From positions 1,312,925 to 1,376,924 of the forward strand of contig CAVOFR010000007.1 in assembly GCA_963695075.1 (NCBI GenBank): a stretch of DNA of 64,000 bases. The letters are read 5' to 3'. Positions 29,763 through 38,439 of the stretch are shown here, in pieces. A program made the position numbers and the translations under genes. Source of the stretch: an uncultured Acidimicrobiales bacterium. Lineage in GTDB: Bacteria; Actinomycetota; Acidimicrobiia; Acidimicrobiales; CAWCAL01. Under the pieces are notes generated by a model. It saw only the letters and a list, made by a program, of their open reading frames with translations, made no database searches and was not told the origin of the DNA. Each line of letters starts with the position of its first letter. Position 1 is the stretch's first letter.

Positions 29763-30875
29763 ATGCTCGACCTGGATTTCAGTGAAGAACAGGACATGCT
29801 CCGCGAGATGGTGCGGGGGGTGTGCTCGCAGTACGCACCGCTCGAGAAGGTGCGCGAGATGGAGGACGACGCCGCCGGCTATCCGACCGACCTCTGGGCC
29901 CAGCTCGGCGAGCTCGGGATCTGCGGCCTGTTGCTCCCCGAGGAGTACGGCGGATCGGGTATGACCATGGTCGAGGGGGTCATCGTGTACGAGGAGCTCG
30001 GCCGCGCCCTCGCGCCGGTCCCGCACTTCGTGAGCTGTGTGTTGTCGGCCACCGCCCTTCTCTCCGGCGGCACCGACGAGCAGAAGACGCAGTGGCTGCC
30101 CCGACTGGCCTCGGGCGAGTCGGTCATCACCCCGGCCTGGATCGAGCCGGGTGGCGGATTCGCTGCGGCAAGTGTGCAAGCCCGGGCGACCGCGGCCGGG
30201 GACGGCTTTTCCATCACCGGCTCGAAGGAGCACGTGTACTTCGCATCGTCGGCCGACCGGCTCCTGGTCGTGGCCCGCACCGGTGACGGTGCCATCGACC
30301 TGTTCCTCGTCGACCCCGAGGCCGGCGGCGTGACCCTCACCCAGAAGATGTCGATCTCCTCCGACACGCAGTACCACGTCGACTTCGACGGAGCCCCCGC
30401 CGAACGCGTCGGCTCGACGGAGGGTGCGGGATGGAGCACCTGGGACGCGGTCATGACCGACGCCATCATCCTGGCCGCAGCCCAGGCGATCGGTGGTGCC
30501 GACTACGCGCTCGAGATCACCGTTCAGTACTCGAAGGACCGCGAGCAGTTCGGCAAGCCGCTCGGCGCGTTCCAGGCGCTGGGCCACGACATGGCCGATG
30601 CGGTCACCGTGGTCGACGGGGGCAAGATCCTCGTCTACGAGGCGGCGTGGGCCCATTCGGTCGGTCAACCCGTCGACCGGTTGGCCCCCATGGCCAAGCT
30701 CCATGCGGCCAAGACGTACCGGGACGTCACCGCGATGGCCCAGCAGATCTTCGGCGGCGTCGGATTCACGCTGGAGTACGACGTCCAGCTGTACTTCCGG
30801 CGGGCCAAGCAGCTCCAGCTGTCGTGGTGGGACGATCGGGTTCTCGAAGAGCGGGTGGCCGCCGCCGTGCTCTGA
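29763..30875 (+). CDS. Acyl-CoA dehydrogenase (beta-type partner subunit)
   Basis: LLLPEEYGG, EELGRAL, YSKDREQFGKPLGAFQA, QIFGGVGFT. Confidence 0.9.
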   Translation: MLDLDFSEEQDMLREMVRGVCSQYAPLEKVREMEDDAAGYPTDLWAQLGELGICGLLLPEEYGGSGMTMVEGVIVYEELGRALAPVPHFVSCVLSATALLSGGTDEQKTQWLPRLASGESVITPAWIEPGGGFAAASVQARATAAGDGFSITGSKEHVYFASSADRLLVVARTGDGAIDLFLVDPEAGGVTLTQKMSISSDTQYHVDFDGAPAERVGSTEGAGWSTWDAVMTDAIILAAAQAIGGADYALEITVQYSKDREQFGKPLGAFQALGHDMADAVTVVDGGKILVYEAAWAHSVGQPVDRLAPMAKLHAAKTYRDVTAMAQQIFGGVGFTLEYDVQLYFRRAKQLQLSWWDDRVLEERVAAAVL

Positions 30876-30877
30876 CA

Positions 30878-30928
30878 GGATCTGGAGTCACGCAGCTACA
30901 TCAGATGTAGTCAGGTGACTCCAGATTC
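30878..30928. repeat. 51-nt palindromic element, copy C (bidirectional terminator position; overlaps the 3' end of the GT2 gene)
   Basis: GGATCTGGAGTCAC-gcagCTACATcagATGTAGtcag-GTGACTCCAGATTC. 14/14 arm pairs including one G-T. Confidence 0.8.
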
Positions 30929-31699
30929 GGTCTCGACGGCCTTCGAGGTCGCATCGGTGAGCGTGATCGCACCCCGATCGGATCGTCGCCCCTGGGCGAG
31001 CGGCGAGTACTTCGCGATGCAGTACACGGCTCGGACGCCATCCTTCCAGCCGATCTTCTTTCCCTCTTCGTAGGTGCGGCCGCTGTACGAGACACCGACC
31101 TCATAGACCCGCCAGCGGCCCGCGGCGATCTTGCCGGTGATTTCGGGCTCGATGCCGAACCTGGTCTCCTCGAGATCGAACGAGTCGAGGACCTCTCGAC
31201 GGAACGCCTTGAAACACGTCTCCATGTCGGTGAGGTTCAGGTTGGTGAACATGTTGGACAACAGGGTCAGGAATTTGTTTCCGATCATGTGCCAGAAATA
31301 GAGGACGCGATGCGGTCGACCGCCGAGGAATCGTGACCCGTAGACGACGTCTGCCCGCCCGTCGAGGAGCGGGGTCATCATCTCGCCGTAGTCGGCGGGG
31401 TCGTACTCCAGATCGGCGTCCTGCACGATCACGAATGGCGCAACCGCTTGCTCGAAGCCAAGGCGTAACGCCGCACCCTTCCCCCGGTTGCGGGGCTGGC
31501 GGAACGAGCGAACCCGGTGGTCGTCCAGCCCGGCGATGATCTCGTCGCTGCCGTCGGTCGAGGCGTCGTCGATGATGAGCACCTCCTGGCAGAACGGCGA
31601 GTCGAGCACGCGGTCGACGACCTCGGACAGGGTGGCCCGTTCGTTGTACACGGGCATGATCACCGACAGGCAGGGTGCAGGTTGGGTGGGGGAAGCCAT
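30911..31699 (-). CDS. GT2 glycosyltransferase (DPM1/polyprenol-phosphate-mannose-synthase-like)
   Basis: SVIMPVYNE, IDDASTDG, NRGKGAAL, VQDADLEYDP, YGSRF, TDMETCFK, EGKKIGWKDG. Confidence 0.92.
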   Translation of the reverse strand: MASPTQPAPCLSVIMPVYNERATLSEVVDRVLDSPFCQEVLIIDDASTDGSDEIIAGLDDHRVRSFRQPRNRGKGAALRLGFEQAVAPFVIVQDADLEYDPADYGEMMTPLLDGRADVVYGSRFLGGRPHRVLYFWHMIGNKFLTLLSNMFTNLNLTDMETCFKAFRREVLDSFDLEETRFGIEPEITGKIAAGRWRVYEVGVSYSGRTYEEGKKIGWKDGVRAVYCIAKYSPLAQGRRSDRGAITLTDATSKAVETESGVT

Positions 31700-31802
31700 G
31701 GGACCTTCTTCTGTCCGGCGAAACGCTAGCCGTGCTGATCGATTCTCGGGTGGTCGAGGCGTCGGTTCCCGCCGGTGGCGGACCAGATTACGGCCACGGG
31801 GA

Positions 31803-33395
31803 TCAGGCCACGGACACCCGGATGGTGTGCCAGCCGGTCGCGCCGTCGGGATCCGGTCTCGCCTGCGACTCGGTCTGGGTCTCGCCGTCGCCGTCGGTGG
31901 CCCGGCACCGGATGACGTGCGTGCCCGGTGGAGCATCCCAGGTGTGGACCCACTGGCGCCAGGAGTTGTCGCTCATGTTCTCGCCCAGCTCGGCGGGGGT
32001 CCATTCGCCGTCGTCGATCTGGACCTCGACGGTGTCGATGCCCCGGTCGGGAGCCCACGCGACACCGGCCACCGCTGTCGACCCCGCCGTGACGGAGCCA
32101 CCGTGGGAGGGAACGTCGATACGCGACTGGGTCTTGACCGGGCCTTTCTTCGACCAGCCTCGGGGAATCCAGTAGCCGTCGAAGTCCTCCCAGGTCGTGA
32201 GGGTGATCGATTCGAGCCACTTCGTGGCCGACACGTAGCCGTAGAGACCGGCGACCACCAGCCGGGCCGGGAAGCCGTGGTCTATGGGCAGCGGTTCGCC
32301 GTTCATGGTGAGCGCCACCATCGCGTCTCGGCCGTCATAGGCGACCTCGGTCGGGAACCCGCAGTCCCAACCATCCACCGATCGCCCGACGATCTGGGTG
32401 GCGCCGTCTTTCACCCCGGCCTCGTCGAGCAGCACGGTGAGCGGAATGCCCTGCCAGACCGCGTTGCCGACGAGGTCACCGCCGACCTCGTTGGAAACGC
32501 ACGACAGGGTCACCGGCCGGTCGACCAGGTCCCGGTCGTACAGCTGGTCGAGGGTGAACTCGAGCGGTCGCTCGACCATGCCCTCGACGTGCAGGGTCCA
32601 TCCGTCCGGATCGACCCTGGGAGAGATGAGAGTGGTGTCGATCTTGTAGAACTCGTTGTTTGGTTGGATGAGGGGCGTGAGGCCGTCGATCTCGGATTCG
32701 AGTCCGACCGCGTCGGTCGAGCCACCCTCGGTTGCACCGAGCCGGGCGGCGAGCTCCTCCCGGGCCTCGGAGGCTCGTGAACGGCCCCGGATGGACTGCG
32801 ATCCCGAAGCCACGATGGCTGCCGCGGCGGCCATGCCGCCCGACCAGCCGAGAAAGGCTCGCCGATCGGGGGCGGGGCGGCGAGGGTCCCGGTCGCTGGT
32901 GGGCCGCTCGTTCCTCGCCCGCCGGCTCGACCGGTCCCACTCGGTCAGGAGGACGTGAAGCGAGACGGAGCCGGCCACCGCGGCCAGCCCGGCGGCGGTG
33001 AACCCCTGGGCCGCGCTGCCTCCTTCCGCCCCCGCCTGGGCCCAGACCCCGACACCGGCGAACACGGCGAAGCCGATGGGACCAGCGACGCGCCGCCGGT
33101 GGGCGACGACGCCCAGGGCGGCGCCGAGCAGGAGGCACGCGACGACGATCGAGAAGACGAGGGTGGGCTTGTTCCTCCCTCCGAGGGTGTCGATCGCCTC
33201 GCGGGCCACCGAGCCGGGTGCCAGCTGGATTATCGAGTCACCGACGGCAACGACGAGCGACTTCGTGCCGACCAGCGCCGCTACCACTTCACCGACAGCG
33301 AGAGCCACCGCCGCGGCGATCGCTCCGGCAAGAGCGGGGCCCCAACGCGAGTCTCGTTCGGTGGTTTCCGCGGGTCGGGACGCGATCGTCGTCAT
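31803..33395 (-). CDS. Membrane-anchored sulfite-oxidase-family molybdopterin oxidoreductase
   Basis: N-terminal TM segments, DRRAFL twin-Arg-like motif, FYKID, LSCVSNEVGG (Mo-Cys), MNGEPLPIDHGFPARL, YGYVSATKW, C-terminal Ig-like domain. Confidence 0.9.
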   Translation of the reverse strand: MTTIASRPAETTERDSRWGPALAGAIAAAVALAVGEVVAALVGTKSLVVAVGDSIIQLAPGSVAREAIDTLGGRNKPTLVFSIVVACLLLGAALGVVAHRRRVAGPIGFAVFAGVGVWAQAGAEGGSAAQGFTAAGLAAVAGSVSLHVLLTEWDRSSRRARNERPTSDRDPRRPAPDRRAFLGWSGGMAAAAAIVASGSQSIRGRSRASEAREELAARLGATEGGSTDAVGLESEIDGLTPLIQPNNEFYKIDTTLISPRVDPDGWTLHVEGMVERPLEFTLDQLYDRDLVDRPVTLSCVSNEVGGDLVGNAVWQGIPLTVLLDEAGVKDGATQIVGRSVDGWDCGFPTEVAYDGRDAMVALTMNGEPLPIDHGFPARLVVAGLYGYVSATKWLESITLTTWEDFDGYWIPRGWSKKGPVKTQSRIDVPSHGGSVTAGSTAVAGVAWAPDRGIDTVEVQIDDGEWTPAELGENMSDNSWRQWVHTWDAPPGTHVIRCRATDGDGETQTESQARPDPDGATGWHTIRVSVA

Positions 33396-33464
33396 CGTGA
33401 TGTAAGCGTCGCGCGCGGCCCATCGAGTTCCCGGGACCGACGGGTTGGACCGGGCCGACCCCGA

Positions 33465-33483
33465 ATCTGACGGTCCGTCAGAT
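33465..33483. promoter_or_regulatory. Palindromic operator, copy 2 (ATCTGACGG-T-CCGTCAGAT)
   Basis: Perfect 9-bp arms. Ends 20 nt before GTG 33504. -10-like TACTGT at 33490-33495. Lies in a divergent region. Confidence 0.85.
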
Positions 33484-33503
33484 CTCCGGTACTGTCGCTC
33501 CTC

Positions 33504-34691
33504 GTGGATCTGCGCTACACGCCCGAAGAGCAGGCCTTTCGCCAGGAGCTTCGCACCTGGCTCGGCGAGGTCCTGCCCGACATCGCCCCGCCTCCGGATC
33601 GGCGGGAAATCGAAGCCCGCCGGGTCTACGACACCGCTTGGCAGCGGATGCTGTACGACGCCGGCTATGCCGGAATCAACTGGCCCGCCGAGTTCGGCGG
33701 CCGGGGCTCCACGCCGGCTGAACACCTCATCTTCCTCGAGGAGACCGAGCGAGCTCACGCCCCCTACGTGGGCAGCAACTTCGTCGGTCTGCTGCACGCG
33801 GGCCCCACCCTGATCGCCGAGGCTTCGCCCGACCAGCAGGCGGCGCACCTGCCGGCCATCCTCAAGGGCGAGCACATCTGGTGCCAGGGATTCTCCGAAC
33901 CGGCGGCCGGTTCCGACCTGGCCTCGCTGCAGTGCCGGGCGGTGCGCGACGGCGACGAGTACGTGATCACCGGTCAGAAGATCTGGACGTCCTTCGCTCA
34001 GATCGGCGACTTCTGCGAGATGCTCGTGCGTACCGATCCCGACGCTTCGAAGCACACCGGGATCACCTGGCTGATCATGCCGATGGACGCACCCGGGATC
34101 GACGTTCGTCCGCTCGACACCGCGTTGGGGACCAGCGAGTTCAGCGAGATGTTCCTGGACGAGGTCCGGGTCCCGGTCGCCAATCGGGTCGGTGAGGAGA
34201 ACGACGGCTGGCGGGTGGCGATGGTCACCTTCAGCTTCGAACGGGGTACCGCTTTCGTCAGTGAGCTCCTGGCCAGTATGGAGCTCGTCGCCGACCTGGC
34301 GGCCACCGCGAAGACCGTGACCCGCGGCGCGGCGACGGCCTGGGACGACATCGGCATCAGGCGGGAGATCGGCAGCATCTCGGCCGAGCTCGAAGCTCTG
34401 TGGTCGCTAACCAAGCGCAACGTGTCGCAGGCTGCCCGCACCGGGGTTCCCGGCCCGGGCGGCAACGTGTTCAAGCTCCACTACGCCGGTGTCCGGGAGC
34501 GACTGGGTGACGTGGCGTTCCGCGTGCTCGAGCGCGCCTCGCTCAGCCTGGACCCGCTCGAGGGGCTCGGATCGGCCAACCAGGTGGAGGAACGGATCTA
34601 CGCGCTGACGCTGCGCATCGCGGCCGGCACCTCCCAGATCAACAAGAACATCGTGGGCGAGCGAGTCCTCGGTCTTCCGAAGGAGCGCTGA
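33504..34691 (+). CDS. Acyl-CoA dehydrogenase (alpha-type subunit)
   Basis: WPAEFGGRG, WCQGFSEPAAGSDLASL, TGQKIWTS, FSFERG, IAAGTSQINKNIVGERVLGLP. Confidence 0.92.
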   Translation: MDLRYTPEEQAFRQELRTWLGEVLPDIAPPPDRREIEARRVYDTAWQRMLYDAGYAGINWPAEFGGRGSTPAEHLIFLEETERAHAPYVGSNFVGLLHAGPTLIAEASPDQQAAHLPAILKGEHIWCQGFSEPAAGSDLASLQCRAVRDGDEYVITGQKIWTSFAQIGDFCEMLVRTDPDASKHTGITWLIMPMDAPGIDVRPLDTALGTSEFSEMFLDEVRVPVANRVGEENDGWRVAMVTFSFERGTAFVSELLASMELVADLAATAKTVTRGAATAWDDIGIRREIGSISAELEALWSLTKRNVSQAARTGVPGPGGNVFKLHYAGVRERLGDVAFRVLERASLSLDPLEGLGSANQVEERIYALTLRIAAGTSQINKNIVGERVLGLPKER

Positions 34692-34694
34692 ACC

Positions 34695-35654
34695 GTGGAC
34701 TTCGAGCTCTCGGCCGATCAGGCGGCGCTGCAGGAGGGCATCCGCAATCTCTGTGAGGGGCGGTTCCCCATGGAGTCGGTGCGCGGCCTCACCGAGACCG
34801 GTGGTGTCGACCGTGGTCTATGGACCGAACTGGCCGAAACCGGCGTGTTCTCGCTGGTTCTGCCCGAGCCCGCCGGTGTGGGCCTCGGCTGGGCCGACGC
34901 CGTGTTGGTGTTCGAGGAACTGGGCCGGGCCGCGGTGCCGGGGCCGCTCGTCGCGAGTCTTCTGGCCGCGGGGACGATCGACGGAGTGGCGACGGGCGAG
35001 GCCCTGGCCGGAGTCGTCGAGCGCACCGAGGGTGCCGTGCTGGTCGAGTACAACGATGCTCTCGATCACCTGTGCGTTCTGGACGACGCGGGCATCTGGC
35101 GACTCGAACCGGCCGAGCTCGAGGCGTCCTCGACCGGCGAACCCCTCGACCCCCTCACGCCGGTCCACGTTCTCCCCGTCCTCCCGCAGGGCGAGCGGAT
35201 CGGAGGTGCCGACGAGGCCGCTGACTGGCGAACCCGCGGTGCGGCGCTGACCGCCGCCCTCCAGCTCGGCCTGGCCGAGGCATCCCTCGATCTGGCCGTC
35301 GCCTACGCGAAGGAGCGGGAGCAGTTCGGCAAGCCCATCGGATCGTTCCAGGCCGTCAAGCACATCTGCGCCGAGATGCTCACCCTGGTCGAGGTGGCGC
35401 GCGCAGCGGTCTACGCCGCGGGAGTCGTGGCCGACGCCCCCGACATCGACGATCCGGCCAAGTTGGCCTCGGTGGCCAAGATCACGGGTGACCACGCTGC
35501 GACACAGTGCGGCAAACACTGCATCCAGGTCCACGGCGGGATGGGGTACACGTGGGAGGTCGACGCCCACCTCTACCTGAAGCGGGCGTGGGTGCTCGAG
35601 CAGGCCTTCGGTGACTCCGATCACCATGCCCTGGCCCTGGCCGACCGCATCTGA
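34695..35654 (+). CDS. Acyl-CoA dehydrogenase (short beta-type subunit)
   Basis: EELGRA, YAKEREQFGKPIGSFQAVKH, QVHGGMGYTWE. Confidence 0.9.
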   Translation: MDFELSADQAALQEGIRNLCEGRFPMESVRGLTETGGVDRGLWTELAETGVFSLVLPEPAGVGLGWADAVLVFEELGRAAVPGPLVASLLAAGTIDGVATGEALAGVVERTEGAVLVEYNDALDHLCVLDDAGIWRLEPAELEASSTGEPLDPLTPVHVLPVLPQGERIGGADEAADWRTRGAALTAALQLGLAEASLDLAVAYAKEREQFGKPIGSFQAVKHICAEMLTLVEVARAAVYAAGVVADAPDIDDPAKLASVAKITGDHAATQCGKHCIQVHGGMGYTWEVDAHLYLKRAWVLEQAFGDSDHHALALADRI

Positions 35655-35692
35655 GTGCGTTCTCCGGGGACAGACCCCGAGGAACGCACTCA
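35652..35692. terminator. Bidirectional terminator hairpin whose arms contain both convergent stop codons
   Basis: TGAGTGCGTTC...GAACGCACTCA (11 bp) plus inner CGGGG-acaga-CCCCG. Confidence 0.75.
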
Positions 35693-37180
35693 CTTCACGG
35701 CTTCGATCAGTGCTCGGCGGTCGATCTTGCCCATGGCGGTGAGCGGGAGGACGTCCACGATGCGGATCGCCTCGGGGATCTTGTAGGACGCGAGCCGATC
35801 CCGGGCGAAGGTCTGGAGCGCCTCCAGCGTGGGCGCCCGTCCGGGGTCGCGCGGGACCACGACGGCGACGCCGATCTCGCCCATCACGTCGTCGGCCCGC
35901 GGCACGACGGCGACCGAGGCGACGTCGGGGTGGGTGCCGATCAGCGCCTCGACCTGAAGCGGGTACACGTTGTATCCGCCGCGGATGAACATCTCCTTCT
36001 TGCGGCCGGCGAGGCGGACAAGGCCTCGCTCGTCGATCAGCGCGAGGTCGCCGGTGCGGAGCCAACCACCGATCAGGGTTTCCGCCGTCGCCTGCGGGGC
36101 CTGCCAGTAGCCCTCCATCATCGTCGGTGACCGGAGGACCAGCTCACCGATCTCTCCGTCGGACACCGACCGGCGGTCGTCATCCCAGACCTGCACCTCG
36201 ACCCCGGCTCGTGGTCGGCCCACGGTGAACAGCGCCTCTTCGTCGTCGGCGTCGAAGGCGGTGGCCAGACCGACACCGCCGCTCTCGGTAGAGGAGTAGC
36301 GGATGGAATAGTCCGCCCCGAACCGGTCCTTGGCTTCGGCCACGAGCGCCGGCGAGGACGGTCCGGCCCCGACGATCAGCCGGTCGACACAGCGGAGGTC
36401 GAGTGCATCCATCTCGGGGGACCGCAGCATCAGCGCCACCTGGGGTGCGACGGCGCCGAGGGTGGAGATGCGCTCGCGGGCTACGAGGCGCAGCACGTCG
36501 CCGGCCCGCCACCGATCCAGGAGGAACGTCGTGGTACCGGTGCGGAGATACCAGGGCAGCTTCGTCATGAACCCGATGTGCGCGAACTGCGTCGATGCGA
36601 TGATCGGGCCGCCCCCATCGGTCGCAGCGCCGACGTCGGCATCGGCGATGGCGGCGAGCTGACGTTCGGCGAACAATGCCCCCTTGGGTTCTCCCGTGGT
36701 CCCCGACGTGAAGACGATCACCGCCGGGCGATCGGGGTCGGCCTCGAGCAGGTCTGGCGGCGAGCCGCCGTGCCGCAGCCCCGACAGCAACGCCTCGGCG
36801 TCGGGAGCGGGTTGGATCCGGACCGCTCGCCGATCGGGGTCCAGCCCGTCGGCCAGATCTTCGGTGCTGATCACCAGATCGGGACCAGCCTGCTCGACGA
36901 CGGCGGCCCGCTCGCTCGGCGCGAGTCGGGGGTTGATCCCGGTGGTGATCGCCCCGAGCTTGGACGCGGCGACGTAGCAGACGGCGTAGTCGATGCAGGA
37001 AGGCAACACGAGGGCCACCACCGACCCCTCGATGATGCCGAGGTCGGCGAGCCCGCCCGCGACGCGGTCCGACACGGTGTGGAGCTGCCGGTACGAGAGC
37101 TGCCACCCATCTCCCGAGGCCACGAACGCGGCCTTGTCGCCGTACCGCTCGGCCGCCTCGGTGACGATGGAACCCAGCAT
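35690..37180 (-). CDS. Acyl-CoA synthetase / class I adenylate-forming enzyme
   Basis: FTSGTTGEPKG, YSSTE, WLRTGD, GRKKEMFIRGGYNVYP, GKIDR. Confidence 0.92.
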   Translation of the reverse strand: MLGSIVTEAAERYGDKAAFVASGDGWQLSYRQLHTVSDRVAGGLADLGIIEGSVVALVLPSCIDYAVCYVAASKLGAITTGINPRLAPSERAAVVEQAGPDLVISTEDLADGLDPDRRAVRIQPAPDAEALLSGLRHGGSPPDLLEADPDRPAVIVFTSGTTGEPKGALFAERQLAAIADADVGAATDGGGPIIASTQFAHIGFMTKLPWYLRTGTTTFLLDRWRAGDVLRLVARERISTLGAVAPQVALMLRSPEMDALDLRCVDRLIVGAGPSSPALVAEAKDRFGADYSIRYSSTESGGVGLATAFDADDEEALFTVGRPRAGVEVQVWDDDRRSVSDGEIGELVLRSPTMMEGYWQAPQATAETLIGGWLRTGDLALIDERGLVRLAGRKKEMFIRGGYNVYPLQVEALIGTHPDVASVAVVPRADDVMGEIGVAVVVPRDPGRAPTLEALQTFARDRLASYKIPEAIRIVDVLPLTAMGKIDRRALIEAVK

Positions 37181-37361
37181 GGCGCGTCGCGGTCCCGTGT
37201 GTCAGCGGCCGGCGGCCACGTCGCAGAGCAGTGTTTCCGAGCTGGACACGAACCGAGTCTGGCGGATGTCGACCCTCGGGGGCGAGATCGGGGTGTGGGG
37301 CCGCCCGGGATCGGGATCCAGTGGGTATGGCGGTGTTGTCCGGTGCGGTACGGTGCGCGCC

Positions 37362-37976
37362 ATGGCCATGGACCTGACCGCGTTGGTGGAGCCCGCCCAC
37401 ACGGTTGTGGTCACCCAGGAATGCCAGAAGGGTGTGATCGGCCCGGATGCGGCGCTACCCCAGCTGGCCGATGCGGCCCGGCCCACTGTCATCGCCAACG
37501 GAGCGAGGCTCCTCTCGGCCGCTCGATCCCGCGCCGTCCCCGTGGTGCACTGCGTGGCCGAGCGACGGGCCGACGGGCTCGGCTCGAACCACAACGCCAG
37601 GCTCTTCATGGGCATGCTGAATACCGGAGTCCGACTGACCCCCGGCACCGATGCGGTCGAGGTGATCGACGAGTTCGGCCCGGAGCCTTCCGATCTGGTG
37701 CGCTCGCGGCTTCACGGCCTCGGCCCGATGGGTGGAACCGATCTCGACGCGGTCCTGCGCAACCTGGGGGTGAGGACGATCGTGGGAATCGGCGTGAGTG
37801 TCAACGTCGGCATGCTCGACCTGGCGATGGGCGCGGTCAACGCCGGCTACCAGATGGTCATGCCCCGCGACGCGGTAGCGGGCGTTCCGGCCCCCTACGC
37901 CGAGGCCGTCCTGGACAACACGCTCGCCCTGCTCTGCACGCTTCCGTCCACCTCCGAGGTCCTCGCCGCCTGGTGA
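37362..37976 (+). CDS. Isochorismatase-like (cysteine hydrolase fold) protein lacking the canonical catalytic Cys
   Basis: VVVTQECQKG, TDLDAVLRNLGVRTIVGIGVSVNVG, NAGYQMVMPRDAVAG. -10-like TACGGT 7 nt before ATG. Confidence 0.8.
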   Translation: MAMDLTALVEPAHTVVVTQECQKGVIGPDAALPQLADAARPTVIANGARLLSAARSRAVPVVHCVAERRADGLGSNHNARLFMGMLNTGVRLTPGTDAVEVIDEFGPEPSDLVRSRLHGLGPMGGTDLDAVLRNLGVRTIVGIGVSVNVGMLDLAMGAVNAGYQMVMPRDAVAGVPAPYAEAVLDNTLALLCTLPSTSEVLAAW

Positions 37977-37978
37977 GG

Positions 37979-38000
37979 GGATCCCTCGATCGGGGGATCC
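37979..38000 (+). terminator. Hairpin after the isochorismatase-like gene
   Basis: GGATCCC-tcgatcgg-GGGATCC. Confidence 0.5.
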
Positions 38001-38056
38001 GGTGGGCTAGAAAGACCCTCGGTACACGAGGTCACGGTCGAGGAGGGAGTCATCTC

Positions 38057-38326
38057 ATGAGCGTCATCAGCTCGGAGGCGGAGACCCGGAGCAACCGGGT
38101 GTTCTCCAGAGGTCCGGACGGCAGTGCGCAGAGCGAGCCGCGTGCCGAAGCGGCGGCGGCCGAGACCGACCGCCGGCTGCGAGGGTTGATCAACCGGGCG
38201 ATCCGGGTGATCGAGCTGCAGAATGCCCGGCTCCGCGATCACGGGCTCGAACCCGTGTCACCCGACGATCTCGATGACCTCGACGAGGGTGTCACCATCG
38301 ACCTGACCCACGCTGCTTCGGGCTAG
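38057..38326 (+). CDS. Small (89 aa) protein of unknown function with a helical core and acidic C-terminus
   Basis: Strong SD GAGGAGGGAG. Fills the intergenic gap with GC3-biased codons. No family recognised. Confidence 0.6.
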   Translation: MSVISSEAETRSNRVFSRGPDGSAQSEPRAEAAAAETDRRLRGLINRAIRVIELQNARLRDHGLEPVSPDDLDDLDEGVTIDLTHAASG

Positions 38327-38398
38327 CCGGCTGCTCCGGACCGGTCGGAGTCCGGCCCCCGACCGATGGGCCGCGCCGATGATCGGAGCGTCTACCGT

Positions 38399-38417
38399 AT
38401 GTGACGACCCGTCAGAT
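38399..38417. promoter_or_regulatory. Palindromic operator, copy 3 (ATGTGACG-ACC-CGTCAGAT)
   Basis: One mismatch to consensus. -10-like TACCGT at 38393-38398. Ends 22 nt before GTG 38440 of the LLM-TetR operon. Confidence 0.8.
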
Positions 38418-38439
38418 CCCGCATCGGGTCGGGAGGACC

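Noticed and set aside
26187-35654. KstR2 control (AnCAAGnnCTTGnT) of the acyl-CoA dehydrogenase operons
   Set aside because: No such motif seen in the upstream regions. The TGACG-N3-CGTCA palindrome is there instead.
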